64,000 nt of DNA. Origin: Oscillospiraceae bacterium. Its GTDB lineage: Bacteria > Bacillota > Clostridia > Oscillospirales > Ruminococcaceae. Shown piece after piece: positions 35,105 to 45,424 of the stretch. Position 1 is the first letter of the stretch. Each line of letters opens with the position of its first letter. The stretch spans positions 3,295 through 67,294 of the forward strand of contig JAAVZY010000021.1 of NCBI GenBank assembly GCA_022791945.1. The letters are read 5' to 3'. The position numbers were made by a program, and so were the translations under genes. The notes beneath the pieces are model-generated. The model was not told where the DNA came from. It saw only the letters and a program-made list of their open reading frames with translations, and did no database searches.

Positions 35105-35788
35105 TCAGCCGTTGTACTTCTTGTAGCCGGGATGTTTGCCGGTTACGTGGTAGTAGTTCTCCCGGAGATCCAGAAGCTTGTCGATCTGATGCTTGGGAAT
35201 CTCCTGGGCGCCGCCCAGGAGATGGGCGTTGAGGCTGATTTTGGCGAACAGTTCCAGAGTTTCCATCCGATAGTAGGCGGTGATCAAATCACAGCCTACG
35301 GTCAGGGCCCCGTGATTTTGCAGGAGCATCACATCATGCTCTGCCAGATAGGGAGCAATGGCGTCGGGTACCTCCTGGGTGGAGGGGGTGCCATAGGGGG
35401 TGAGCGGGATGGAGCCGATGGCGATCACCGTTTCAATCATGGAGTACTCGTCCAGGCTCTTGCCGGCCACCGCATAGCCGGTCGCCGTGGGGGGGTGGGC
35501 GTGAACCACGGCGCCCACATCAGAGCGCTCCTGGTAGCACCGCAGGTGCATTTTGATTTCGGAGGAGGGCTTGTAGCCGGGCAGTCCCTCCAGAACAGCG
35601 CCGGTTCCGTCAATCCGCACCAGCTTTTCGGGAGTAATAAAGCTCTTGCTGATGCCGGTGGGAGTGGCGAGGAAGGTCCCGTCGTCCAGCTTGACGCTGA
35701 CGTTGCCGTCATTGGCGGCGACCCAGCCCAGCTGCCACATCTTGTGGCAGACGTCGCACATCTGCTCTCTCAGTTCATCGTGCGCCAT
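35105..35788 (-). CDS. fucA: Class II aldolase, probable L-fuculose-1-phosphate aldolase
   Basis: [12 protein letters not shown] and [13 protein letters not shown] are class II aldolase/adducin motifs. Adjacent to fucI. The start is uncertain (35788, 35800 or 35809). Confidence 0.75.
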   Translation of the reverse strand: MAHDELREQMCDVCHKMWQLGWVAANDGNVSVKLDDGTFLATPTGISKSFITPEKLVRIDGTGAVLEGLPGYKPSSEIKMHLRCYQERSDVGAVVHAHPPTATGYAVAGKSLDEYSMIETVIAIGSIPLTPYGTPSTQEVPDAIAPYLAEHDVMLLQNHGALTVGCDLITAYYRMETLELFAKISLNAHLLGGAQEIPKHQIDKLLDLRENYYHVTGKHPGYKKYNG

Positions 35789-35956
35789 AGAATGCATCAT
35801 TCCTTTCATCGATAAGAGAAATCCGAAAGGGCGCGCCTCCTGGAGGGAGCCGCCTTCCCCTGAAAACGGATTTCCGAGGCAAAGCCGGTTCGGCTCTGTC
35901 CTGATTGATCTCATCATAGCTCACCTAAAAGGGTTCGTCCAGAGGCGGCGGTACAC

Positions 35957-35985
35957 TTGATAAAATGAGTGAAATATGCTACAAT
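35957..35985 (+). promoter_or_regulatory. Sigma-A-like promoter of the DeoR-family regulator gene
   Basis: TTGATA (35957-35962), 17-nt spacer, TACAAT (35980-35985). Confidence 0.55.
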
Positions 35986-36034
35986 TTCAATCAGTTTCAA
36001 TCACTTTCGTTCATCTGCAAAAGGAGGAATCCGC

Positions 36035-36799
36035 ATGCTTACCGAAGAACGCCAGCGGCAGATCCTGGAGCTTCTGAAGGTTCGTCAATCTGTTACGGTG
36101 GCCTTTCTGAGCAGGAACCTGTACGCCAGTGAAGCCACCATCCGCCGGGATCTTAATCAGATGAGCCAGCGGGGACTGCTCCGGCGGCTCCGCGGCGGCG
36201 CCGCCCTGCTGGAGGGGATTAATAACGACGCGCCGCTGCTGGTGCGGGCGGCGCTGAACCGGGAACGCAAGGAGCGGATTGCCTGTCTGGCTCTGGAGCT
36301 GATCCGGAATTCCTCGGCCATCTTCATGGACTCCAGCTCCACGGTCACCGCTCTGGCGGAAAAGCTGGATCGGTTCCACAATCTGACCGTAGTAACCAAC
36401 GGATTGGTTACCCTGAACACCCTGAACGAGTTTCCAGCCGTCAAGCTGATCTGCAGCGGCGGTCTGCTGCAGAATAACGCTTCCTTTGTAGGGCAGCTGG
36501 CAGAGGAGGCCTTCCGGAGCCGGCGGGCGGAGCTGGCCTTTTTCTCCTGCTGCGGCCTCAGCGGGGAATTCGGCGCTTCCGAGGCCCGGGAGGAAACCGC
36601 TTCTTTGAAGCGGGCCATGCTGCGGGGCGCAAAAAAGCGAGTCCTCCTCTGTGACAGAACCAAGGTGGGGGAGGACTACTTCTGCCGCTCCTGCGGCCTG
36701 GAGGAAATCGACGTACTGGTGACCGATCAGGCGCCGCCCCCGGAGCTGGAGCAGGCTTTTCGGGAGAAATCCCCCCAGGGACAGATTATCTGGCGGTAG
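36035..36799 (+). CDS. DeoR-family transcriptional regulator (sugar operon repressor)
   Basis: ATG at 36035 after aaaggagga. N-terminal HTH RQRQILELLK..VTVAFLSRNLYASEATIRRDL. C-terminal DeoR sugar-binding-type domain. Divergent from fucA-fucI. Confidence 0.85.
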   Translation: MLTEERQRQILELLKVRQSVTVAFLSRNLYASEATIRRDLNQMSQRGLLRRLRGGAALLEGINNDAPLLVRAALNRERKERIACLALELIRNSSAIFMDSSSTVTALAEKLDRFHNLTVVTNGLVTLNTLNEFPAVKLICSGGLLQNNASFVGQLAEEAFRSRRAELAFFSCCGLSGEFGASEAREETASLKRAMLRGAKKRVLLCDRTKVGEDYFCRSCGLEEIDVLVTDQAPPPELEQAFREKSPQGQIIWR

Positions 36800-37160
36800 G
36801 CTCCTCCTGGGAATGATCGAAGTTTGGCGTTTCCAGGCTGGAGGCCAGGATGGCCAGCAGCTGGGAGCTGTTTGGCTTTTTGGAGAGGGGTCTGCGGGCC
36901 AGCTGCTCCAGAAGAGCCACATTCTCCCGCCAGATTACTTTTCCGACGGTACGGATATTCCGCTCAACAGCCTTCCAATTCGTGTTGAAATACCGGGCCA
37001 CTTCCGGATAGACGAATTTGGTGACTGTCCGCAGCCGTTCCGGGTGCCCCATGCACAGCTGCAGAGCATATGCGGTATGGGCAAACCCGGTGTAATTGGA
37101 GGTAACACCCAGGCGATACAAAAGATCGTAGATGTTTTCAGATATTATGATTTCTTCCAT
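36786..37160 (-). CDS. Stand-alone Spo0A C-terminal (DNA-binding) domain-like protein
   Basis: 124 aa. IYDLLYRLGVTSNYTGFAHTAYAL..VTKFVYPEVARYFNTNWKAVERNIR resembles the Spo0A effector domain (GxxYL..AI..vTK.lYp.iA...tt...VERaIR). Confidence 0.7.
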   Translation of the reverse strand: MEEIIISENIYDLLYRLGVTSNYTGFAHTAYALQLCMGHPERLRTVTKFVYPEVARYFNTNWKAVERNIRTVGKVIWRENVALLEQLARRPLSKKPNSSQLLAILASSLETPNFDHSQEEPTAR

Positions 37161-37198
37161 TTGAGAATACTCCTTAATAAGCAGTTGTAGTCATTGCA

Positions 37199-37728
37199 GG
37201 GAAGACCTCGAGGACGCTGTCCTCGAGCACCTGCCAAGGGGACGCGTCCCCTTGGATTCCCGTCTTTTTGGGGGAGGGGGTGGGGACGGGCGTTTGCGCC
37301 CGTCCCCCTGCCTCGCTGGTACTCCCCTCAGGGACGATGGCCCGCCTACCCACTTTTTCGTAAAGAAAAAGATTCATCCCTGCGTGCGGGGCAATCGGTA
37401 CGACGCATTCCCTGTCTGCCGAAGGTCAAGGGCCGACGCTCGATAGGGTGTACAGACTTGGGGTTCCCCACAGGGGAGCTTTTTTCTTTACGAAAAAAGC
37501 GTACTGCGTGAATCAGACTCTCTGCGTGGCAGGAATCAGGAAGTCTGTACAGACCTGACCCAACCCCTTTTTCCGCCATTCAAAAGCCCTTCAAATAATG
37601 GGAATCCAAGGGGAATCCCTTCCCGATGCGCCGCTTGCGGCGCATCTCAGAATTCGGCGGAGCCGAATTCCTAGGTGCGTCGTGAAACGACGCACCGCAG
37701 AGCGCGAGACAGCGCCTCGCGGCCTTAC
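37199..37728. repeat. Mosaic multi-hairpin repeat, full copy with triple-hairpin cassette
   Basis: gggaagacctcgaggacgctgtcctcgag..ccaaggggacgcgtccccttgg at the left. gatgcgccgcttgcggcgcatc, gaattcggcggagccgaattc, gtgcgtcgtgaaacgacgcac and cgcgagacagcgcctcgcgg at the right. Confidence 0.9.
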
Positions 37729-37844
37729 GGCTTCTAACTGTTTATTATAGCCGAATTGTCTGAAAAACGCCAGGAGATATCCCAGCGTTTGAGGAAAAGA
37801 ACAGAGGATAGGGGAGGGCGTTCATAGCGGAGCCTGATGGGAGG

Positions 37845-37881
37845 CAACAAAATATCCGGCCCCGTGAGAAACGGGGCCGGA
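37845..37881 (-). terminator. Rho-independent terminator of the ABC transporter operon
   Basis: 11-bp stem tccggccccgt / acggggccgga (37855-37865 and 37871-37881), followed on the - strand by TATTTTGTTG. Located 20 nt after the stop at 37901. Confidence 0.75.
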
Positions 37882-37900
37882 TAAAGGGGAGTCTTACAAT

Positions 37901-39583
37901 TTACCAGTTCTGCTCCTGAGCGATTTCGTTGATCCGCTTAGTAGCAGCCTCATAGCCGCTGGACATGGCGCGGGCTTTCATATCCGCAAACATATCTGCA
38001 ACAGGCTGGGTGCCGGTGATGATGGACCAGTACTCGGAGCTCAGCGCAAAGGCGGTAGCGTCGGTAACGGTAGAATCGTCAACCAGCATGGGAGCGATCT
38101 CAGGCCATACAGGATCCTGGTTCCGGATTGCGCAGGCCTGGGTGTTCAGAGCCTTTGTCTCGTCGTTGTACTGATCAAAGTACTCAACGTTCTCGTAGGC
38201 GGCCAGCTCAAAGCCCCAGCTGGGCCAATGGGTGACGGCGATGCAGGGGTACTTCTTGGCCAGATCGGGAGCAACGCTCTCGGCGTCGCGGATCTTCACG
38301 ATCTTGTCGCCTTCCTTGGTGTAGTCCTCGCCCTCGATGCCCATACGCATATACTTGCCTTCGTCGGACAGCAGGAACTCATAGAAATTCAGGTAACGAT
38401 CCATCTCTTCCTCGGTGATGTCCGGCCCAAACATGGTAGCAACCATGCAGCTGGTGTAGCCTTCCATCCGGGGAGTCTCGCCCTTCTTCAGAGACAGGGC
38501 AGGGATCAGGTCAATGCGATCAAAGGGATTTACGTCGGGGTTGGCAGCGCCGTAGTATTTGGTCGCCATGCCGTTGATCCAGTCGGCGTCCGCATTCCGC
38601 AGGCAGATGCCGAAGGTGTTGGAGGAGAACTTCTGAAGGCCGGTTTCCCAGGTGGAAGCGCCGAAGTCAGGATCGATGGAGCCGTCTTCCCACATCTTCC
38701 GCAGCCACTCCAGAACCTCAATATTGCTGTCGTCCAGACCGCCGTAGAAGTAGTTGCCTTCAGCGTCCTTGTTCCAGTAACGGTTGGAAACGCCGGTGCT
38801 GGAGAAGAAGTAACGGAGCGTGCCCATACCGTCGCCGGTCAGAGCGTAGGTGTCCTGCTGGCCGTTGCCATCGGGATCTTCATGACGGAATGCATGGCTG
38901 ACGTCGTACAGCTCTTCCCAGCTCAGGGGGAGCTCCTTGTTCACAGCTTCCAGCCAGTCCTTCCGGATGAACATACCCTTCCGCTCTGCCTTGTAGATGC
39001 TGGGGTCAGCAGAGTCAGGCTTCGGCAGGAAGTAGTAGCCGTCGTACATGCCCTTAACAGTCTGAGCAACCGCGTCGTTCTCCAGCAGCTGCTTCGTCAG
39101 GGGATACTTGGCAAGCAGATCGTCAGGAATCTCGGATACCAGCTCCTCGGGGATGAACTGAGTGATCATCTGAGGATAGTACAGAATGTCCGCCGCAAAT
39201 ACGCTGGGCAGGGTTCCGTCGACAGCAGCCAGCTGGGTTACGGTGAACTCGTTTTGATAATAGTTGGTTTCACTCTGCTGGAAAGCAATGCCGAAGTTGT
39301 CCTCGATATACTTGGCCATGGGATCGTTGGCGGGATCCCAGCTGAAGGGGTTGTCATCGCTGTCGGCAGTGATGGTGATCACATCATCGAAGCCGCCCAT
39401 CTGGTAGCCTTCAGCTGCGTCGCCGCCGGCAGAACCGGTGGTGTTTTCATCGCCGCCTGTGGATGCGGCAGAGCTGGTGCCGCTGCTGGTGGTAGAGCTG
39501 GTGTTGCTGCCGCTGTTGCCGGAGCAGGCAGTCAGACCCGCTGCCAGGCTCAGCGCCAGAACAAGGGTAATCAGTCTTTTCAT
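37901..39583 (-). CDS. Extracellular solute-binding lipoprotein of a carbohydrate ABC importer
   Basis: ATG at 39583 after aaggagg. Lipobox LAAGLTAC, a Ser/Thr/Gly-rich linker and a ~560-aa size typical of LplA-type sugar-binding proteins. Confidence 0.8.
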   Translation of the reverse strand: MKRLITLVLALSLAAGLTACSGNSGSNTSSTTSSGTSSAASTGGDENTTGSAGGDAAEGYQMGGFDDVITITADSDDNPFSWDPANDPMAKYIEDNFGIAFQQSETNYYQNEFTVTQLAAVDGTLPSVFAADILYYPQMITQFIPEELVSEIPDDLLAKYPLTKQLLENDAVAQTVKGMYDGYYFLPKPDSADPSIYKAERKGMFIRKDWLEAVNKELPLSWEELYDVSHAFRHEDPDGNGQQDTYALTGDGMGTLRYFFSSTGVSNRYWNKDAEGNYFYGGLDDSNIEVLEWLRKMWEDGSIDPDFGASTWETGLQKFSSNTFGICLRNADADWINGMATKYYGAANPDVNPFDRIDLIPALSLKKGETPRMEGYTSCMVATMFGPDITEEEMDRYLNFYEFLLSDEGKYMRMGIEGEDYTKEGDKIVKIRDAESVAPDLAKKYPCIAVTHWPSWGFELAAYENVEYFDQYNDETKALNTQACAIRNQDPVWPEIAPMLVDDSTVTDATAFALSSEYWSIITGTQPVADMFADMKARAMSSGYEAATKRINEIAQEQNW

Positions 39584-39650
39584 AAGTGCCTCCTTAAAAT
39601 TCTGAATGAAACATTGTAAACATTGCACGCCTTTCGGCGGAGCAAACAGC

Positions 39651-40583
39651 TTAGCCCTTCACAGCGCCCAAGGTGACGCCTTTTTCAAAGTACTTCTGAA
39701 TGAAGGGGTAGATCAGAAGCATGGGAACGGTGGAAGCCACCGCGCAGGCCATTTTCAGGCCGGTTTCGTTGAACTGAAGGATTCGTCCGGCCGCGTCCCG
39801 CATACCTTCGACCCGGGTCATTTCCGCGGGCTTGGTGGAGCGGACAATGTAGTTCCGGATGATCAGCTGGAGGGTGTACAGCCGCTCGTCCCGCATATAA
39901 AGCTGGGCGCCAAACCAGCTGTTCCAAAGGCCCACCGCCACAAACATGGCGATTGTCGCCAGGGTGGGAATGGAGAGGGGATAGATGATCCGGAACAGGA
40001 TGGTGAACTCATTGGCGCCGTCAATTTTCGCAGACTCCTCCAGAGAGGGGGGGAGCTGGCGGAAGAAGGAGCGGATAATAATGAAGTTGAACACGCTGAC
40101 CGCTCCGGGCAGAATCAGGGCAAGCAGATTGTTGCTCAGATTCAGGGTCTTGGTCATATTGTAGTAGCTGGGGATCAGACCGCCGGAGAAAAACATGGTG
40201 ATCAGCAGGTAAATCATAAAGAATCTGTACCCGCGCATCCTGGGCTTAGATAGGCCATAGGCCAGCATGGAGGTAACCAGAACGGAAAGCGCGGTGCCGC
40301 AGACGGTCACCAGGAAGGTAATGCCGTAGGCGCGGGGGAACAGGGGGCTTCCAAAGATATATTTATAAGCCTCCAGTGTGGGCGCCTCAGGGAAGATAAT
40401 AAAGGGCCGCCGCATAAATTCCGCATTGCCTGTCAGGGAAATCGCAATCACGTTCCAGAAGGGCAGGAGCATGATCAGCGCAATGATTACAAAGAGCGTT
40501 ACGTTAAAGATATCAAAGACCCATTCGCCAGCAGTCCGCTTAATGCGGTTGCTCCGACGGCCCGCTTTGCTGTCAGCTGCCAT
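39651..40583 (-). CDS. Carbohydrate ABC transporter permease
   Basis: Six hydrophobic helices and the EAA loop LEESAKIDGANEFTILFRIIYPLSIP. Confidence 0.85.
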   Translation of the reverse strand: MAADSKAGRRSNRIKRTAGEWVFDIFNVTLFVIIALIMLLPFWNVIAISLTGNAEFMRRPFIIFPEAPTLEAYKYIFGSPLFPRAYGITFLVTVCGTALSVLVTSMLAYGLSKPRMRGYRFFMIYLLITMFFSGGLIPSYYNMTKTLNLSNNLLALILPGAVSVFNFIIIRSFFRQLPPSLEESAKIDGANEFTILFRIIYPLSIPTLATIAMFVAVGLWNSWFGAQLYMRDERLYTLQLIIRNYIVRSTKPAEMTRVEGMRDAAGRILQFNETGLKMACAVASTVPMLLIYPFIQKYFEKGVTLGAVKG

Positions 40584-40616
40584 AAAACAGCGCCTCCTTT
40601 TCCTTGTGTGATGGTA

Positions 40617-41777
40617 TTAGAAGAAGCCCTCGCCGGACATCTTCTTGACGACAAAGTTACTGCTGAACAGGAGGATACAGTTGACGACCTGCTGGAACAG
40701 GCCGATGGCAGTAGAAAGATCATACTCGCCCTTGTCAACGCCCATATCATAGATATAGGTGTCGATGACCTGCGCCACTGTGCTCCTGGTGGCATCAGTC
40801 CGCAGGTTCATAATCTGATCAAAGTTCGCGCCCAGAACGGAGCCTACGCTCAGGATCAGCATGGTGGTCACCGCAAACGCGATGGCGGGAAGCGTTATGT
40901 AAATGCATTGCTGCCACTTGGTGGCGCCGTCCAGGTGGGCGGCCTCATACATCTCCTGATCCACGCCGGCAATGGCCGCCATGTAGATAATGGTGCCCCA
41001 GCCAGCCTCCTTCCAGATACTGGTGCCGTAAAGCATCCCATAGAAGTTATCCGGGTTGGACAGCAAATCAATGGTAGGCAGGCCCACAGACATCAGCAGA
41101 CGGTTCACCGCGCCGCTGGTGATTGAGAACAGGGAGAACAGAAGGGAAAACATGATGATCCAGCTGATAAAGTGAGGCAGGTAGATGATGGACTGGGTCA
41201 CCCGGCGGAACTTGTTGCTCTTGAGCTCGTTCAGCAGCAAGGCCAGGATGATGGGCACCGGGAAGGTGATCAGCAGCTGGGTCACGCCAATGAACAGGGT
41301 GTTCAGAATAACGTCCTTTGCTACGCTCCGCTGAAAGAACCGGCTGAAATTTTCCAGTCCGCACCACTGGGAGAACATGATGCCGCTTTTGATCTTATAG
41401 TCCTTGAAGGCAAGCACAATGCCGTACATGGGCATATAGCTGAACACAAAGACCGTCAGGATTCCGGGAAGAATCATCAGATACAGGAACTTATCCCGCA
41501 GAAGATCCTTTCTGACAGGGACGGATACTGGCTTGAAAACGGGCATGGTAAAGAATGCGATCAGGGCCAGGACAATCACCAGGGCGCCTGCGGCCGCGAG
41601 AACCGCCGAGCCAAGACCGTACTGCATGAAATCCCATTTCTTGCTGCCGACGATGCCGGTGATGGCCACGTACCAGATCCCGCCGCCGACCATCATCAGA
41701 CCGCCCAGGAGCAGCGACATTTTGAATCCGAGCATTGCTGTGCGGGAGCTGCTGTTTGGGGACGCAACTGCCTGCAT
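40617..41777 (-). CDS. Carbohydrate ABC transporter permease (with N-terminal extension)
   Basis: EAA loop YEAAHLDGATKWQQCIYITLPAI. About 70 extra N-terminal residues carry two hydrophobic segments, so the true start is uncertain. Confidence 0.75.
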   Translation of the reverse strand: MQAVASPNSSSRTAMLGFKMSLLLGGLMMVGGGIWYVAITGIVGSKKWDFMQYGLGSAVLAAAGALVIVLALIAFFTMPVFKPVSVPVRKDLLRDKFLYLMILPGILTVFVFSYMPMYGIVLAFKDYKIKSGIMFSQWCGLENFSRFFQRSVAKDVILNTLFIGVTQLLITFPVPIILALLLNELKSNKFRRVTQSIIYLPHFISWIIMFSLLFSLFSITSGAVNRLLMSVGLPTIDLLSNPDNFYGMLYGTSIWKEAGWGTIIYMAAIAGVDQEMYEAAHLDGATKWQQCIYITLPAIAFAVTTMLILSVGSVLGANFDQIMNLRTDATRSTVAQVIDTYIYDMGVDKGEYDLSTAIGLFQQVVNCILLFSSNFVVKKMSGEGFF

Positions 41778-42287
41778 ACAATCATCTCCTCATTGTCAAA
41801 TTTCCCGGGCTGTCCGCAGGACGCGGAGAACTGCCGGGATGCCCGAAACGTTGTCCTCCGGACGAGATCCGCCCGGGAGGTTTGCGAAAACCTATAGGTT
41901 TTCGGATCGGTTCATCCCCCTTTTTGGGGGCTCTTTTTTTGTGGATCTTTTCCCAAAGGGAGAAAGGAACCCCGCCCCCGCCCTGGCAGTCTGCCAGGGC
42001 CTTTCTCATGTGGAACGGCTTCACCAAACCTATACAATTAGAGAAACCGCAGCGCGTGAATGGATTCTGTTTTCCATGCAAGGAATGTCTTTTCTACAGT
42101 ATAGCATCCCATCATGATTTAGTCAATAATTGAGGGATAATTTGTAACAACATTCACAAAGGATTCACCAAAATTCATCGATCCATACAAAAAACGGATA
42201 AAATAATCCTGTTTTTTGATTCCTTCGGTCCTGGGATGTGCGCCATGTAAGGACAATTTTCTTGCTGTTCTAATACAGCCTGTGGAA

Positions 42288-43232
42288 TCAGAAGCGCTTG
42301 CCCCAATCCGCTTTCCGCACCTCCTTAAAGCGGGGATCCTTTTTGCGGATCGTCCTGGCCTCCAGTCCCGCCGGGGTGCAGAGCCGGAGCGTAATCTTCC
42401 CAGGCTCAATGTAAGGCCGCCGGAGAATGCGTCCGGCGCCGGGGGAAGGCGCATGGCGGCATAGGGCCAGATAAGCGAACTTTTCGTCCTCGAAGGGAGC
42501 GTCTCCGCCCTTGAGCTGTTTGTGGAGCCTGCTCCGGGCAACTCTGCATCCGAAGTGGCACCAGTCCTCCTCCGGGAGAAGGCAGTCCCCCTGACAGGGG
42601 CAGGGAGCAGCGATGTAAGCGCCCTGGGACATCAGCAGACCGCGCAGGGCCTTCAGCCGCGCGAATCCGGCGGGAGTGCCCGGCTCCAGAAGGAGGAGCA
42701 GGGAATCGGCGGCCTGCCAGAGCCGGAGCGCGGCAGAGCTGCGCTCCTGATCGGAGAGCTCTCCCAGCACGTAGGAGGCGATCACCAGCTCCGCCCGGCA
42801 GGGAAGCTCCCGGGTCAGATCCCCCTGGAGCCAGCGTGCCTGCTGGAGGGCAGGGGAGCCGTCTTTCATGAGGGCTTTCCCCAGCCTGATCATAGCGGGC
42901 TCCCGTTCCAGGCAGACAGCGGACTCCAGCGGGAGCAGCGCGTCGGAGGCCCAGGAAGCGGCCCCGGTGCCCGCTCCTGCGTCCAGCAGGGAGACGGGGG
43001 ACAGCCCGGAGGCCTCCAATGCCTGTTCCAGGGCGAAGGCGGCCGCGCCGAAGGTTGCGGGCATCCGGGCGGCGGCGTAGGCGGCGGCTTCGCTGTCGGT
43101 GGTCAGCAGCCGGCGTCCGTCCTGATAATCTGCGCGGTAGCGAAGGCTCAGGGCCTGAGCGTCCTGTGCCAGGCTGGGAAAGCTGGCGGCGCGGTTCTCC
43201 AGCGCCTGCCGGAGTGAAGCGGGAAATTCCAT
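42288..43232 (-). CDS. Rsm22-like SAM-dependent methyltransferase
   Basis: SAM motif I LLDAGAGTGAASWA. C-terminal Cys cluster CPCQGDC..WCHFGC, as seen in bacterial Rsm22-family proteins. Confidence 0.6.
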   Translation of the reverse strand: MEFPASLRQALENRAASFPSLAQDAQALSLRYRADYQDGRRLLTTDSEAAAYAAARMPATFGAAAFALEQALEASGLSPVSLLDAGAGTGAASWASDALLPLESAVCLEREPAMIRLGKALMKDGSPALQQARWLQGDLTRELPCRAELVIASYVLGELSDQERSSAALRLWQAADSLLLLLEPGTPAGFARLKALRGLLMSQGAYIAAPCPCQGDCLLPEEDWCHFGCRVARSRLHKQLKGGDAPFEDEKFAYLALCRHAPSPGAGRILRRPYIEPGKITLRLCTPAGLEARTIRKKDPRFKEVRKADWGKRF

Positions 43233-43364
43233 AGACGGTGCTCCTTATATATGTAAGATTTGCAGACGATTGAGGGTGGATCTTCAGTCAGCAGGCTTAG
43301 AAACCGTATTCATAGCGCCAAACTGAGCAGGAAGCAAGAGCGCGATACCCATCTAATACTTGTA

Positions 43365-43580
43365 GAAACAGCTTTTTTCTTTACGAAAAAAGCGTTCCGC
43401 GTGTGTCCTGTACAAACTCGATCCGTGCTGCAAACGGGAAGTCTGTACCGGCTATGTTCCCGATAAAATTCCGGGAATCCAAGGGGAATCCCTTCCCCTT
43501 GGCGGGAGGCTCGCAGGGTCAAAGCCTGTGGCTTTGACCCTTGGATAGCGCCCTCGAGGTCTGGTCAGAGCCTGCTCAGG
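43365..43580. repeat. Mosaic repeat, divergent half copy
   Basis: Retains gcttttttctttacgaaaaaagcg, gggaagtctgtac, ggaatccaaggggaatcccttccccttgg and cctcgaggtctgg-tcagagcctg, but lacks the other half. Confidence 0.75.
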
Positions 43581-43846
43581 GGGAAAGGGAGCCGGCAGTT
43601 GCCTTGCCACCAGTATAGCACTTTTTCATCCCTGCCGCCACTGCTCTCCTGATATTTTTTGGGGGGTCTTCAGTCCTATTTTCAGCGCCTTCCTTTTAAT
43701 ATTCAGCACACAGCCACAAATGGAGCGCCTGAAAAATGAATGGACATTCACTGAAAAAGATGGTAGAATCGTAGCAGAATCCTCTGGGCGCCGGCCTTCC
43801 GCACCCAGAGATCCTGAACAGGCTCTGAGAAAAGGAGGACACGCTC

Positions 43847-45424
43847 ATGCTGATTGTATCTAACCTTCCTCTGGGACTTGAGGAGGACGAAGCGGCGGCG
43901 ATCGGGGCGGCGCTCCGGAAGCTGAGAGCCCGCGAAAGCCAGGTGGCCAGGGCGGCGGTTCACAAGAAATCCCTGGATGCCCGGCGGCAGGATCGGATCC
44001 GTTTTGTAGTCTCCGTGGCGGTGGAGTTGAAAGACCCCCAGGCGGAGCAGGCGCTTGCTTCCCCTCAGGCAGTCTGGAAGCCCCGCCCAGCGCTTTCCCT
44101 TACGCCGGGAACAGCAAAGCTGGAGGGGCCCATCGTGATTGCGGGCTTTGGTCCTGCGGGTATCTTTGCCGCCCATACCCTGGCCCTTCAGGGCTACCGC
44201 CCCCTGGTACTGGAACGGGGCGCGGAGGTTGATCAGCGGACTGCCGCTGTCGAGCGGTTCTGGAAGGAGGGCATCCTGGATCCCCGAACCAACGTCCAGT
44301 TCGGCGAGGGAGGGGCGGGCGCTTTTTCCGACGGAAAGCTGACCACCCGAATTTCCGACAGCCGCTGCGGCTATGTGCTGGAGCAGCTGGTGCGCCATGG
44401 AGCCCCTGGGGAGATTCTCACCGCTGCCAAGCCCCATATCGGCACCGATCTGCTGCGCGGGGTCATTGCCTCCCTCCGGCGGGAGATCATCGCCTGCGGG
44501 GGAGAGGTGCGGTTCTGCTCCGCCCTTGAGGGCATCCGGCTGGAGGGCGGCCGGATGGCCGGCGTACGGGTGAACGGGATGGAGCTGCCCGCCGCCCATT
44601 TGATCCTGGCTGTGGGCCACAGCGCCCGGGATACCTTCCGGCTCCTGCGGGAGCGGGAGATCCCCATGGAGGGAAAGGACTTTTCCGTCGGGGTGCGGAT
44701 TGAGCAGCTGCAGTCCACCATCGATCGGGGGCTCTATGGAAGGTGGGCGGGGCATCCCCGTCTGCCGAAAGGGGAATATCAGCTCTCCCACCGGAGCGGC
44801 GGACGGTGTGTGTATACCTTCTGCATGTGTCCCGGCGGCTATGTGGTGCCCTCCAGCTCGGAGCCGGACACGGTTGTGACCAACGGCATGAGCCGCCATG
44901 CCCGGAATGGGGCAAACGCCAATGCCGCCCTGGTGGTTTCGGTGGGGAAGGGGGACTTCGGGCCGGAGCCTCTGGATGGGGTGCGCTTCCAGGAGGCGTT
45001 GGAGCGCCGGGCCTTTCAGCTGGGCGGCTCCGATTACCATGCCCCGGCCATGACCGTGGGGGGATTTCTGAACGGAGGCGGGCTGAAGCTGGGAGCCGTG
45101 GAACCCAGCTATGCCCTGGGAGTGACCGGCGCGGACTTCGCCCGGCTCTTTCCAGGGGAGATTCTGGAGCAGCTCCGGCTGGGGATCGTGCAGTTCCAGC
45201 GGAAGCTGCCGGGCTTCGGGGCGCCGGAGGGGGTGCTGACCGGCGTGGAAAGCCGCACTTCCTCGCCGGTGCGGATCCTGCGGGATGAGAACTGCATTTC
45301 CTTTGGCGGTCAGGGGCTGTATCCCTGCGGAGAGGGCGCCGGATACGCAGGCGGAATCATGAGTGCGGCTGTGGACGGGATCCGGGTCGCCCAGCAGATC
45401 ATCTCCCAATACGCGCCCTGGTAA
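43847..45424 (+). CDS. FAD-dependent oxidoreductase (COG2509-like NAD(FAD)-utilising dehydrogenase)
   Basis: Dinucleotide-binding motif IVIAGFGPAGIFAA, a second GxG region and C-terminal GEGAGYAGGI, as in this family. Confidence 0.7.
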   Translation: MLIVSNLPLGLEEDEAAAIGAALRKLRARESQVARAAVHKKSLDARRQDRIRFVVSVAVELKDPQAEQALASPQAVWKPRPALSLTPGTAKLEGPIVIAGFGPAGIFAAHTLALQGYRPLVLERGAEVDQRTAAVERFWKEGILDPRTNVQFGEGGAGAFSDGKLTTRISDSRCGYVLEQLVRHGAPGEILTAAKPHIGTDLLRGVIASLRREIIACGGEVRFCSALEGIRLEGGRMAGVRVNGMELPAAHLILAVGHSARDTFRLLREREIPMEGKDFSVGVRIEQLQSTIDRGLYGRWAGHPRLPKGEYQLSHRSGGRCVYTFCMCPGGYVVPSSSEPDTVVTNGMSRHARNGANANAALVVSVGKGDFGPEPLDGVRFQEALERRAFQLGGSDYHAPAMTVGGFLNGGGLKLGAVEPSYALGVTGADFARLFPGEILEQLRLGIVQFQRKLPGFGAPEGVLTGVESRTSSPVRILRDENCISFGGQGLYPCGEGAGYAGGIMSAAVDGIRVAQQIISQYAPW

